Part shown: positions 25,730 through 37,107 of the stretch, piece after piece | Layout of the letters: the number at the start of each line of letters is the position of its first letter | Numbering within the stretch: the stretch's first letter is position 1 | Source: Macrostomum lignano | Taxonomy: Eukaryota | Assembly: GCA_002269645.1 (NCBI GenBank) | Contig: NIVC01000245.1 | Coordinates: 682,001-746,000, forward strand | DNA length: 64,000 bases | Reading direction: 5' to 3' | Position numbers and translations under genes: made by a program | The notes under the pieces: generated by a model | Seen by the model: the letters and a program-made list of their open reading frames with translations, nothing else | What the model was told of the DNA's origin: nothing | The model's database searches: none

Positions 25730-28700
25730 CGGCTATATCCATCGATTCCGACAACACCAACGGCACCAAGAATACAACCACCCAACTATCAAGCAGAACA
25801 GCAAGACCCAAAATGGCCAGAGAACTACGTATGTACTCTACACGCCGAAATTGGCAAAGCCATGGCTCAAGTGGTAATCAACAATCTACCATGTCGAGCG
25901 CTACTCGACTCCGGCAGCTCCATCACAGTTATATCAAAACAACTGTGCAACAAGCTACGACTTGCTCTACGGCCAGCAACAATCGCAGTTGCAGGAGCAG
26001 GAGGACATTCGCTAAACATTCTGGGAAAAGCCGACATTGATTTAAGAATCGCTAATAAACACTTGACAGTTCCAACGTACGTCATCGACAGACTCCCAAA
26101 CCAGGACGTTATTGTTGGCATCGACACGTTCAAGCAGCTTCGACTACCATTGACCTTCGACTTCAATAAGCAAACGTTCAAGATCGACTCGGTAGAACAA
26201 CCATTGATCAACCAGATCCGAGTACTACCAAAAGTAACATTGCAACAAGATGTCATCATCCAACCGGAGAGCGCCTGCTGGATAAAGGCAAAGGCAACTA
26301 ACGCAACGGAGGAAGCAATGATATTCGACCCAAACAGAAGAGTCACGGCTAAACACCAAATTATGATGCCTACGGCACTAGTACTGGTTGCAAAAGATAA
26401 ACAGCTGCCAGTACAAATATTCAACCCGAACACAGAAACGGTTCATCTACGACAAGGAATGTGCATCGGTCATCTCAACACCCAAGCATCGGTTATGCTG
26501 ATTGAGCAAGCGACTCCACGACTAACAGAGGAAGAATTTCAAAAGAAGATCAATTTGGATGACAGCCCGATTACGGAACAGCAAAAGAGGAAAGTTCGAC
26601 AGCTGTTGTGGAAGTACAACGACGCTTTCTGCCACCATGACTACGACATCGGACGAGCCAAGGACATCAAACAGGAAATCAAACTTCTGCCGCACACGGA
26701 ACCAATTCAGTGCAAACCGTACCCGATCGCCAAGCATCTGCAACAGCACTTCGATGAGATTATCGACAAAATGCTGAAACACGGCATCATCAGCAAAGCC
26801 ATTTCAGCATACTCATCACCATGTCTCTTGGTACAAAAGAAGGAGACTAACGAAAGACGACTCGTATGTGACTTCAGACTGCTGAACAAGTACATACCGA
26901 CGGATCAGCAAAGCCTACCGAAGATCTCCGAACTACTAGCAAAGCTCAACACGGCAAAATTGTTCACAGTGTTCGACCTACGTCATGGATTTTGGCAAAT
27001 TGAAATCGAGAAAGAGTCACGACAGTACACGGCTTTCAAAACCTACAATGGACAAGTATACGAGTACAATCGATCGCCGATGGGACTCAGCAACAGCCCA
27101 GCAACGATGAGCCGACTAACAGCATACATGCTTGCAGGATGCACGAACCTGTTGCACTATGTTGACGACATCTTGGCCTACGGAGAAGACTTCGAACGAC
27201 TCTATGAAGCGACGGAGAAGGCCCTCGCGCTTATCAACGACAAGGTCTTAAGCTACAACCAACTAAATGCAAATTCTTCCGAGACAACGTGCGTTACCTG
27301 GGACATCAGGTGACAGCCAAAGGAATTTCACCGGACCCAGACAACGTGGATAAAGTGAAAAAGTTTCCTACGCCAACTAGCAAAACGAAGGTCCAATCAT
27401 TTCTTGGACTTGCGCAATACTTCCGAAAGTTCTTACCCAACTTCGCGAAGACAGCAAAGCCGCTGTACGACCTGCTCAAGTTCGACAAATGGAAGCAGGA
27501 GAATTGGACACAAAAGCAACAAGAAAGTTTTGACGAAATCAAACGACAGCTGACATCAGACGCACTGCTACAGCATCCGGACTTCGACAAACCCTTCATC
27601 ATCGAGACAGACGCCTCAGGAACGGGACTCGGAGCAGTCCTACTACAGGAAACTGAAGACAAAAAGGAACGACCTATAGCCTACGTCAGTCGAGCACTTA
27701 AACCGAATGAGACAAAATGGTCAGCTACGGAACGAGAACTACTAGGAGTTCTGTTCGCCCTACGACAGTTTCACTACTACATCTATGGATCTCCATTACA
27801 GACGATAGTACGCACAGATCATGCACCGCTGACCTACGTCGTAACTACAAAAGGACAAACAAACAACCGACTCATCAGGATGACACTCAAGATCCAGGAC
27901 TACAACTACAAGCTCGTCTACAAACCAGGAATTACTAACAAGGCCGCGGACGCCCTGTCAAGAGCCTACGAAGTCAACGCCATTCATCCAATCCCTAACA
28001 TCAAGGAATTGGTGGATGAGACTGAACACGACAACTTCTACATAGCAGTTAAAAACAACGACAAGGACATCAAGCTCAGCCCCGTGGAACGAAAATTCCT
28101 GCGCAAGCAGCGACAACATTTAACAATCAACAAGTCACGACTCTACTGGATGAGTGACAACAAACCTAAAATCTACATGCCATATTCGTTTAGGCAGGCA
28201 ATTCTCAACGAGCTGCACGACAACCCACTCGCTGGACACCTGTCGGCAGCCAAAACCATTGCAAGAGTGGAGCAATACTACTTTTGGCCAAGCATGCATG
28301 GCGACATCAAGCAGTATTGCAACAACTGCCACTCATGCGCAGCATCAAAGACAGGACGACGACAAAAACCACAGCTACAATCGATACCAAAGTCAACAAC
28401 TATGGACTGTCTCAGCATCGACATCACCGGACCGCTGCCACCGAGCTGTCTCCATGGCATAGCCTACACCTACATCCTAACAGCCTTGGACATTTTCTCA
28501 AAGTTTGCTATTGCCATACCAATACCGGACATCACAGCTCAGACAGTGGCAATGGGTTTCTTCAACGACATCATCTGCAAGTACGGTACGCCAAAGAACC
28601 TCACATCGGACAATGGATCGCAGTTTACGTCTCAACTCTTTCAGCAAGTGGTGAAGATCCTCAACATCACGCAGATCTACACATCGACCTACAATCCGAA

Positions 28701-29370
28701 GGCGAACATGGTTGAAAGGTTTCACCGCAACCTACACGAGATGATTACACACTTCGCGCATCAACAACCGGACGACTGGATCATCTATCTGCAAGCAGTA
28801 ACAATGGCCTACAACAGCGCTATTCATCGATCAACGGACAATACGCCATTCTTTCTAATGTTTGGGCGAGACTTCCAGCCGCCAAACCTATTGGCACAGC
28901 AACTACTACCATCGCAATATGTGGAAGTCCCGACGTCCATTCAAAAGTTCGTCACGCAACTACACCTCGCATGGAAAGTAGCCAAGCACAACATCGACAA
29001 TCAGGTGGCTCTAACCACCGGCACCGACACGAGATCGACAACTCTGACAGCCGGCGACATCGTCTACCTGCACTATCCGCCGCAACAGACGCACAAACAC
29101 GCACAGAAGTACAAAGGACCATATCGAGTGGTCCAACTAACGTCATCGACAACGGCACGCCTGGCCAATGTGCAAGATCCTCATCAGCACCAATTCTACG
29201 TGCACATTCATCGACTAAAAAAGATCAACACTGACACGACAACGTTTTTACCGTCACTAGACAACGCTGATCGCACGCGTTCGGCGAACCGCCACATCGC
29301 AACAAAACACGAGGAGACACAAACATCAACCGAGAATCAGCAACATGGCTACAATCTGCGACCTCGTTAA
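25730..29370 (+). CDS. pol: Pol: aspartic protease, RT, RNase H, integrase; -1 shift near 27243
   Basis: LLDSGSS, RLVCDFRLLN, FDLRHGFWQI, YVDD, IETDASG, HHCC (LHDNPLAGH..CNNCHSC), D-D-E (IDITG, SDNGSQF, VERFH) and KYKGPY. Confidence 0.95.
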
Positions 29371-29481
29371 GTTGCGAAAACAACCCGTGTAGAGACCGGG
29401 TCAGAATAGCTCTACAGCTTCGCAAGCTTGTCGTAAGAGGCGACTAATCTGAGCGACTTCAAACTTCAAGCGACGACGACA

Positions 29482-29775
29482 ATGGGCAACGCACTGTCCA
29501 AACAGGCGCCCCAACTACAGCAACTCTATGAATGCCCAATATGTTTAACTGATGACTTGGCTGTCAAGCCACCAATTATTTGTGAAAACAGACATCGCAT
29601 ATGCGGACAATGTTTAAGCGACTCACATTATATTCAGCTCTGGCAGAATTGCCCGATAGGTAGAAGAGTTTGCGGCAGTGCGCCTATTGTTAGTCTTGGC
29701 GCACATGTCAATACTGTAACCAAAAACATTTCATTTGCATGCGTATACTTACCTTTAAATAACTTTTATAACTAA
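29482..29775 (+). CDS. Small accessory RING-finger protein with N-myristoylation motif, 97 aa
   Basis: MGNALSK start in good Kozak context (ACAATGG). CPIC-x11-C-x3-H-x2-C-x2-C-x12-CPIG(R): the last ligand is G (GGT, one base from TGT), with another C four residues later. Confidence 0.7.
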   Translation: MGNALSKQAPQLQQLYECPICLTDDLAVKPPIICENRHRICGQCLSDSHYIQLWQNCPIGRRVCGSAPIVSLGAHVNTVTKNISFACVYLPLNNFYN

Positions 29776-29914
29776 CGCTCTTAACTACCCATTACTAAAT
29801 ACCTGTAACACTTGTGACAAAAGATTTTTATAAAGACATGCTCGTACTTTTTATGCGTTTCAATCCTCTATAATTTAAAACTCGGGACGAGTTTTTTGTA
29901 AACATGGGAGATTT

Positions 29915-30990
29915 TGTAGAGTGTTCTACCTCCCGTAAGAAGACATAAAAGTGTTAATGTACTACTCACACATTTTATTTAGTAGTAAATTGAAGAGCAT
30001 GAATAAAGGTATGCTTTGAACTATAAGTATATTCGGACTAACCAATAGGAAGAGAGAGACCTCGAGCATGCTAATTTTAGAAATCACCCAATCACGTGCG
30101 ACCAACAACTGTCAATTCAAACCCCACCTTCAAGTCATCATTTTGTTTGCACTCGGGTTGCACCCGGATGAACCAATCAAAGTCTACCAGCTACGGTAAC
30201 CAATCATGCGCTTTTACAGTAGACTAGTTGCGCAACTTTCTACCCTGTCATGCTTGACAGCCACCGAATCGTGACCCTTTGACATTTGCGAAGACAGTGA
30301 TGTACGACCTCGAGAGAGGTCTGAACGCCTATAAATACAAGTGGTCCGGAACGGACCCGGAGCCAGAAAATCTCCAAGGGAGAGAAGCTCCGAAGAGGAA
30401 GCTCTAGTGAAGCCTTCCTGAAGAAACTCGCGTCGTGGACGAGTTCTTGCGGTAGGCCTTACTCATTTGCGCCCGTTGGTTGAGACGTCTCGCTCAAGTC
30501 TATTGAGACTTGAGTTTATTTGAGTCTGCTGAGACTCTTGAGTCTGTTTAGACTCCACTGGTTGCAGTCTCCAGAAGGACTGCCCCTGATAGATCTTAGA
30601 AGACTATCAGTGGTTTCCGGAGCCATACCTAGAGTGCATAGAGGCACTACTAGAAGGAGTAGGCTTATATTAAACCGCAGTTTGGCGCAGGGATCCCCAT
30701 TGTTAATTTGGAAGCTTCCGATTGGTCCGAACTACAGATACCGGCCGGCAAGAAGTCAAGAGGACAAAGGAGATAACGGACCAGATCAACTGTTACCAGG
30801 TGCCTAAACTTCCTGAAGGACAGGAAAGTTACTGATCGCGATACTACGGACGAGGATTATTACGAGAGCTCTCATTTAAGGACTCAAAGGTAATTGAATA
30901 CCTTCATTTGATTACTGGGTTGCCTAGCTACAGAGCTAGAAGTGATTGTTCCTTGATTACAGTTGAGGACTGGTAATAAGGAACACATCA
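29915..30990 (+). repeat. 3' LTR
   Basis: Direct repeat of the 5' LTR with one difference noticed (A20825 vs G30455). Preceded by a short purine tract GGGAGA. Confidence 0.97.
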
Positions 30991-31837
30991 TTAGCTGACG
31001 AAAGCCCAGCTCTTCCACCTTGGCGCGAGTGCGAGCAGCGGCATGCGGACGCGCGTTGTCCCAAAGGATGAACGGCTTCTGACGCATGATTCGGCGCTTG
31101 GATAGAAAGGCAGCACGCAGTTGCTCGAGCTGGTTAATCACATAGTCGGCATTGATTGTCTGGCCCTGCGGCAGGTAGTCGACGAGTAGCATGCCTCGCG
31201 CATTGAACCACACTGCACATGATGTTCTGGGTCCAGGCCGACTTCATGGCCTTTGTGTGTGGGTGCCGTCCCTTTGGCCCCCACTGCATCGACTGCTGCT
31301 TTGTCAGTGGATTAAACATTGCAGCGGCGTCTCGTCCATTGTGATTACAAGCTCCTTGAACTTCTCATCACCAAGCTCGTTCCAGACAGCCCAGTTGTCT
31401 GCCGAACATCGCACCCGTGCTTTTTTGTGTTCTTCTGTCAGCTCTCGTGGCACCCACTTAGCGCAAATCTTCGACCAGCCGTGGCGTTATAGAATGCGAC
31501 TCACAGACAAGCAGTGAACGCCGCACACACTCTCCACTTCACGCACACATGCAGATGGGTTTGCCTCCAAATATTGGAGCACGGCAGCCGCATTGTTGTC
31601 ACCTGTGCTGGAACGCGGACGGCCAGAGCGAGCAGCATCAGCGACGCTTGTTTGACCATCAGTAGCAAGTCAATGGTGGGCAAACACCTGTGTGCGACCC
31701 AACGCATAATCACCGAAAGAAGTGCAAACTTCGTTAAAAGTCTGCGTTGGTGTCTTACCCATGTGCTGACATGCCATAATAAAGCAACGTTGACTTTCTT
31801 TCGAATCAAAATCTGAGTGATTTTTTGGTCGGCTCAT
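30991..31837 (-). pseudogene. mariner transposase, N-terminal part (frameshifted)
   Basis: MSRPK..QRCFI..GKTPTQTF helix-turn-helix region, RSGRP, WVPREL, TMDET and WDNARPH. D to D spacing across the insertion is 34 residues. Confidence 0.9.
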
Positions 31838-32284
31838 TCTCCGAGTGAAATCGTGTGAAATAACATAGACCCTCAGGCTTAACTTGGCTCTAATGTAGGC
31901 TGTGTTTGTCCTAGTCATGCAAAATTTTAGCCTGGCACGTATTAATAACCAAATAGTTTATGGATGAAAGCTCATCCAAATCTGATAAGAATTGTGCTTT
32001 AGGAAACACTAGTCCGGAAACTTTAGAAAATTTGAAAGAAAAAATATTTCTGGGAGACAGATAAATGTATTCGCATCCAATTGGTCCTTTTATAACTACT
32101 TAGCATTATTAGTAGTATAAATGCATTTTTCAACTGTTCAAAGAAGATTTTCGTGCTGAAACTCACCAAGTCATCTTCATGCTGTGACAATTTTGTATGA
32201 CTACTACTTTTCTTTTGTTGATGAGTCGTGCAGCTGTCTATCAGGATTATGAAGTAGTATTGGTTTTGTCAGCCTAACTGAGAA

Positions 32285-32556
32285 TAAAGCCATCCAAAGT
32301 GAAAATCCTGCCTACGCTGACTGCGAAGGGCCTGGCTGCGTGCAGCCTTAGTCTATGGGCCATAGACTATAAAGGACAAGCAAAGTGATAAAAAGCCATC
32401 CAATGTGAGAATCGATTGGTCTTTTAAAACTTTGCTTGTCCTTTATAGTCTATGGCTCATAGACTAGGCTGAACGCAGCTAGGCCCTTCGTATTCAGCGT
32501 AGGAAGGATTCTCACATTGGATGGCTTTTATCACTTTGCTTGTCCTTTATTGTCTA
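32285..32556. repeat. ~270-bp nested inverted repeat (palindrome)
   Basis: 32285-32386 is approximately the reverse complement of 32429-32530, and 32365-32413 of 32507-32554. Confidence 0.8.
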
Positions 32557-33272
32557 TATAGAGCCAGCACAAAGCCAAGAGCGACAAGCGACAAACCAAG
32601 GAGGGAAATTCAAAGCGTGTGAATATAGTCGTGTGAAACTTGAATATTAAGGATTAAAGCAAAATAGTGGAAAACTTAATCTTATTAACAAGTCAACCAG
32701 TACATGCAGAAATATAATTAAGTAGAAAAAATAAATACCAATAATTACTTTGCAAAGACTTTCAAAAAGACAGAACACTGAGAGATGTACAAGAACTCAA
32801 GCCGTAACAATACAGTCCTTGATTAATGCAGCCCTTTAAGTAAATAAAATTATTTCAGAGCGAGGCGAGCTGTATTAAAAGTTAAATAATGCTAATGGTA
32901 CGCTAATAGGCCTGTAAATTATTTCGCTCATGCAAAACAGAAGTGCATATTCATGCAAATATGAGCTAGAAGAAGCTGTACTCCGCAATGGTACTGCTTC
33001 CTGAATAGAGGCAAATATTTGGCTTAGGTATGTTTGCTTTTAGCTGCCTAAGCACTAATGTATTTGAGCCAATGTCAACGTCTGCTGTGTATTTAACACT
33101 CTTGGCTTTGAAGTATTTGACATTTGAGTGACGTAGCATTCCTATAACTGAGTGAAATTCTTCATTTATTGACTTATGGCATCATCATAATAACTAAATA
33201 CATGTAGCTACAGCGATATGTTTGTGTTAATGTTTACCAAATTGCGCTCGAAGTAATTCCTTTGTCTGCAAC

Positions 33273-35025
33273 CTAGCTTTGCAACCAAAGTTCATGTCTC
33301 AAAGTTGAGTTTCGTCCCTTCATTAACTTTCGTTGATCGATAGCCGAAGTCGCAGCCGAGCTGCAGGCGATCAGACAGTCGTGAAGGAGTTCAACAGCTT
33401 CCAGCATGGTCAGCAGCGAGCAGCCAAGGTACAGACCGAGTAATCCACCTGTGTCAGCAATCAGGTCGATAAAACTATACGACTTCTCAATGAGAACTGC
33501 TGAGCCGAGACTCTTGCCGGTGTACACTCGAATTCGCATCATTTGGTCTTGCAAGTAATTCGAGCCGACAACTATATTGCGGGTGGTCAAGTTATTCAGC
33601 AAGCTATTGGTTATGTTCAAGACTTCATCATAGCCAGGAAAGTGCGCAGCGGGATTTTCTAGCCTTTTCTCCTGAACGCGATACTGAAACCCGGCTAGAA
33701 GGTCGCGCTGAAAAGCGGAAAAGACTCGTGGCCAGTTGCTAAACGAGTAGGCGTACTTGAAACGGTCCGTCTGACAAGGCCGAAGTTTGGCGCAGTATTG
33801 ATGAATGGCATTCTGATAATTCCAATATAAAGCTGGGTTGTTTTCTTTGAAAAACTGTTCAGCCGACGCCTGACCTGTGAGAACGCGGCTGGCATTCGAG
33901 CAGCTTCGAGCGTGGATAAACTTCCGATCGCGAGGTAACAGGTGACTCACACAGCCGCTTTGCTGCATCATGAGCTGGTTACTTCGTTCGGCCCGACAAA
34001 GGTACTCGCTAAATGCATAGGCCGTCTCGGTGTGATCGTACGGACTGATGATGCGACTGGGCTCAGGGCTACTCGAGCACTGCATTCCTTTGCCAGAATG
34101 AGCCTCTCATCTCGAGGTCGATTCGATAGTCTTTTCCAGCGCTGAGCTGAATCATGGACTCGGAGTCCGGATAGTGACCAGGTCGAACGAAATAAAGGTT
34201 TACACCAGATGCAGTCTCGGGTTTAATGCCATTCTCAAAGTCCCATGAAAGAAAGCTCAGCTTTGATGTGTTTATTGTTGCAATCGGCAGTAGTGACGAT
34301 TTTTTTGGGAATTCAAAAAATGCACCATCCAAAAATAGTGTCATCTCTAAATAGCTGCCCTGATTGCTCAGCTCTGGTCGCTGCGATGGCGTGGGCACCA
34401 GGCGAATGCAGTTAAGGTCCCTAAAGCTGTGAAACGGTATTTCCCCAACTGGTGCTTTTGGCGAGCCGTTCAAGATCAGCATGAAAAGAAACTGCTTCAT
34501 ATGATGACCCAGTTTGTCGCTTATAAGGCGAAATGGCATTGTGGATAGAAGAATGCTTGCCAACCTGGCTGCATCAAAAAAATTTTTAGGTGACCCACCA
34601 AAGGCTAAAGTAAGACTTTTGACATAGCTGTTTATTTCGGCTGTGCTGTTGGGATCCAGGATGTACGGATAACTCCCTGACATGATGGCATTGTTGCAGA
34701 TGACCAGATCGGGGAACTCGAACTCCACCGAGTTCTGCTGCAGCGTGGTGGTCTCTGGCTGCTCGTTGTAGGTTTTGATGAAGCTCTGCACCTGTGTGAC
34801 AAAGCCGGTGAGGCAGAGCGCGAAGCCGACAAGCCAGATGACCTTGACGTAGATCGGACGGGACCCCACGAGTCTTCCGAGGCCGTGAGCCGTGGTGTCG
34901 CTCAGCCATGAGTGCACAGGGTGCGATAGAATCTCCTTGATTCCTTTCCGTTGACAGCCTGGATTCGTTGATTCGACAACTTGCTGTTCTTCTGTCATCG
35001 TGAGTCTGGAATGCTGATGTTCCAA
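33273..35025 (-). CDS. Intronless DEG/ENaC (ASIC-like) channel, copy 1; apparent frameshift near 34075-34110
   Basis: Pre-TM1 TTAHG motif, TM1 VIWLVGFALCLTGF, FPDLVICN, Cys thumb, and TM2 DTGGLLGLYLGCSLLTMLE (GxS filter). Two 1-nt homopolymer deletions relative to copy 2 explain the break. Confidence 0.88.
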
Positions 35026-37107
35026 TTTTTTGATGATGTTCCAATGCTTGGGCTATACGAGATCTGGTTGCAGTTGCAATTGAGACTAAAGGCATGTTTT
35101 TGCGAATGATAGATACAGCTGAGGTTTCGTACACTGAAGTTCGTATCCAATTATCGTGGGGATTAAAAGTCTTGGTATTGTCACTGGAATTCTATGATTT
35201 TTTAATTTTCACTATCAAATATTGTCAAGAATTTTCAAGCTTACCTTATTTAAATGTTATCCTATCTTCGTATACAACGCTGGTGATAAATTTTTTTTTA
35301 AGTTCTGTGGTTTGAGCGGGTTCAAGTTAAACCGTCACTTGCTATTTAATACTCTCTTTTTGCCATCATCACGAATGTTTGTCAGCGATTGTGAGCTAAT
35401 GGAATGACAAACAATAGATTATTAAACAGTTGAATATCAGGCATAAAGCATGTGCGAGTGACTTATTGACACTAGCAGCTTCTCTAGACTGCAATTAGTT
35501 AGCAGACTATCAGACCTGATCAGACCTGAAGCTATTCGACCTATCTTGTCTGTACTTATCCCTCTGTAAATTTGCATGGGAGTTATGATATGTTTAATCA
35601 AGCTAGTGTTGACTTGGGAAGTCGTTGACCTCATCAATTCGACTATATCAAATTGCAATGCTAATGCCGTTCACAACACAGTAGCCAGCCAGTTGCCTTT
35701 TATTGAAACAGATCAAATTTATTACTTCAGTGTCATAATTTCCAAAGTAAGGACTGTAATTAACACGTAGCTTGTATTCCTCAAAAATGGATGACTATGA
35801 GAAATAGCTATCCATGGAGAAATGAAATGGAGGAGGACACTACGCTCTGTTTTCTTAGAAATGAGAGGATGGCCGGTAGAGTCGTTGCATGGAGTTTCGG
35901 CCATAAACAATTCGAGTATTATTTGCAAATAATCGAGCAAAAAATCCAACGTTTCGTGAGCTGACTAAATGCACCAGCGATACGACAGATATTCGTTCGT
36001 TTCCGGGCCTGTGTTATCGCGTTATCGTGTGTAATTGAAGCCGCCGGTTACTCTCTGACTTACTGTACTATTAACAGTGTATTATCTGCCTCTAATTTAT
36101 TCCTTAAAAGGGCACGCTCTAAGTGGTCAATTAAGTCCAAAACTGTCGAAAAAATTTTCACGCTTTTGTCTGATTTTAAACAACTCAACAACCTCCAGCT
36201 TTTATTTCCAAGAAACTTGAGTGTGGTGTCCTTCTACTTGAGTTGTCCATGTAGCGATCATCAGCTTCTGAACTTTTTATGGATTTTATTGACAAGTTTA
36301 TCTTGAAGAAAGAGTTTAGAACAGTTTAAGTTTTGCCTAAACTTTTAAAGCAATTTCTCAGACAAAACATTTGCCCACGGAAAAGTATGACTAATGGAAA
36401 TAGAGAGTTCAATTTATGATTTTCTCATTGCACTGTTGTATGCATTTGGATACTTTTGATGGTAATATTACCGATATCAATCCAGTTCTCTATGGCGCTG
36501 CGTGTAATAAAAACACCTGTCAGTCTGTTCAAACAATTAGTATGAACAATTATAGACTTCAGAAATAGCTAGTAAGCTAGTCTTGGGTGAATAAAAAACG
36601 GTTTATTATTTTTTTCGGCTTTAATTCCGCTACTGACGGGAACGACAGTCATTATTATAAACTGAAAAATAATTGCTGAAAACCGAATAAGAAAGGGTAA
36701 AAGTACAAGAGGGTAGAATGGTGTAAGAGCAGAAATTCAATTAGTGGGCAAAACGTGAAGAGGTGCATTGTAAAGTATTGCGCCGATATTTTGGGCAAAA
36801 GATCGATTGATTAGTAAAATTAATTAAAACAGTAAAATAAGCAAGGGATCTTGATTCTAATCAAGAATCAAAATTACAACTTCGAATGTTTTATCAGTTC
36901 CAATAATTTGTTGACTAAATGGGCTTGAACACTATTGAATTCTTGTACATGCAAAGAACAGACAGTAAACAACAAAAAATAAAGATATTCTGAATTTTTG
37001 TTTCCTTAAAATCGATTCGGCTACGTGATTTGGCAAATTATAGCTTAATAACAGTAAACAACATTATATAGAATTACTGAATCAGTATTGTTACACCTGG
37101 ACAAACC

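Larger units (their letters stand above)
20285..30990 (+). mobile_element. Gypsy/Metaviridae LTR element with gag-env-pro-pol order and a 3' accessory RING ORF (endogenous retrovirus-like)
   Basis: TG...CA LTRs of 1076 bp, 4-bp TSD TTAG (20281-20284 and 30991-30994), PBS, PR-RT-RH-IN order, and a GPY motif in the integrase. Confidence 0.95.
19762..32024 (-). mobile_element. mariner (D,D34D) DNA transposon split by the LTR element
   Basis: Left TA then TIR CGAGGGGTGTTGCAAAAGTTTCTGGATT. The right TIR is only partial (AGTCCGGAAACTTT, 32011-32024). The transposase halves rejoin in frame across the TTAG duplication. Confidence 0.85.

Noticed and set aside
26215-26480. dUTPase between protease and RT
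   Set aside because: Only a beta-rich segment of the kind common at this position in Gypsy elements. dUTPase catalytic motifs were not seen.
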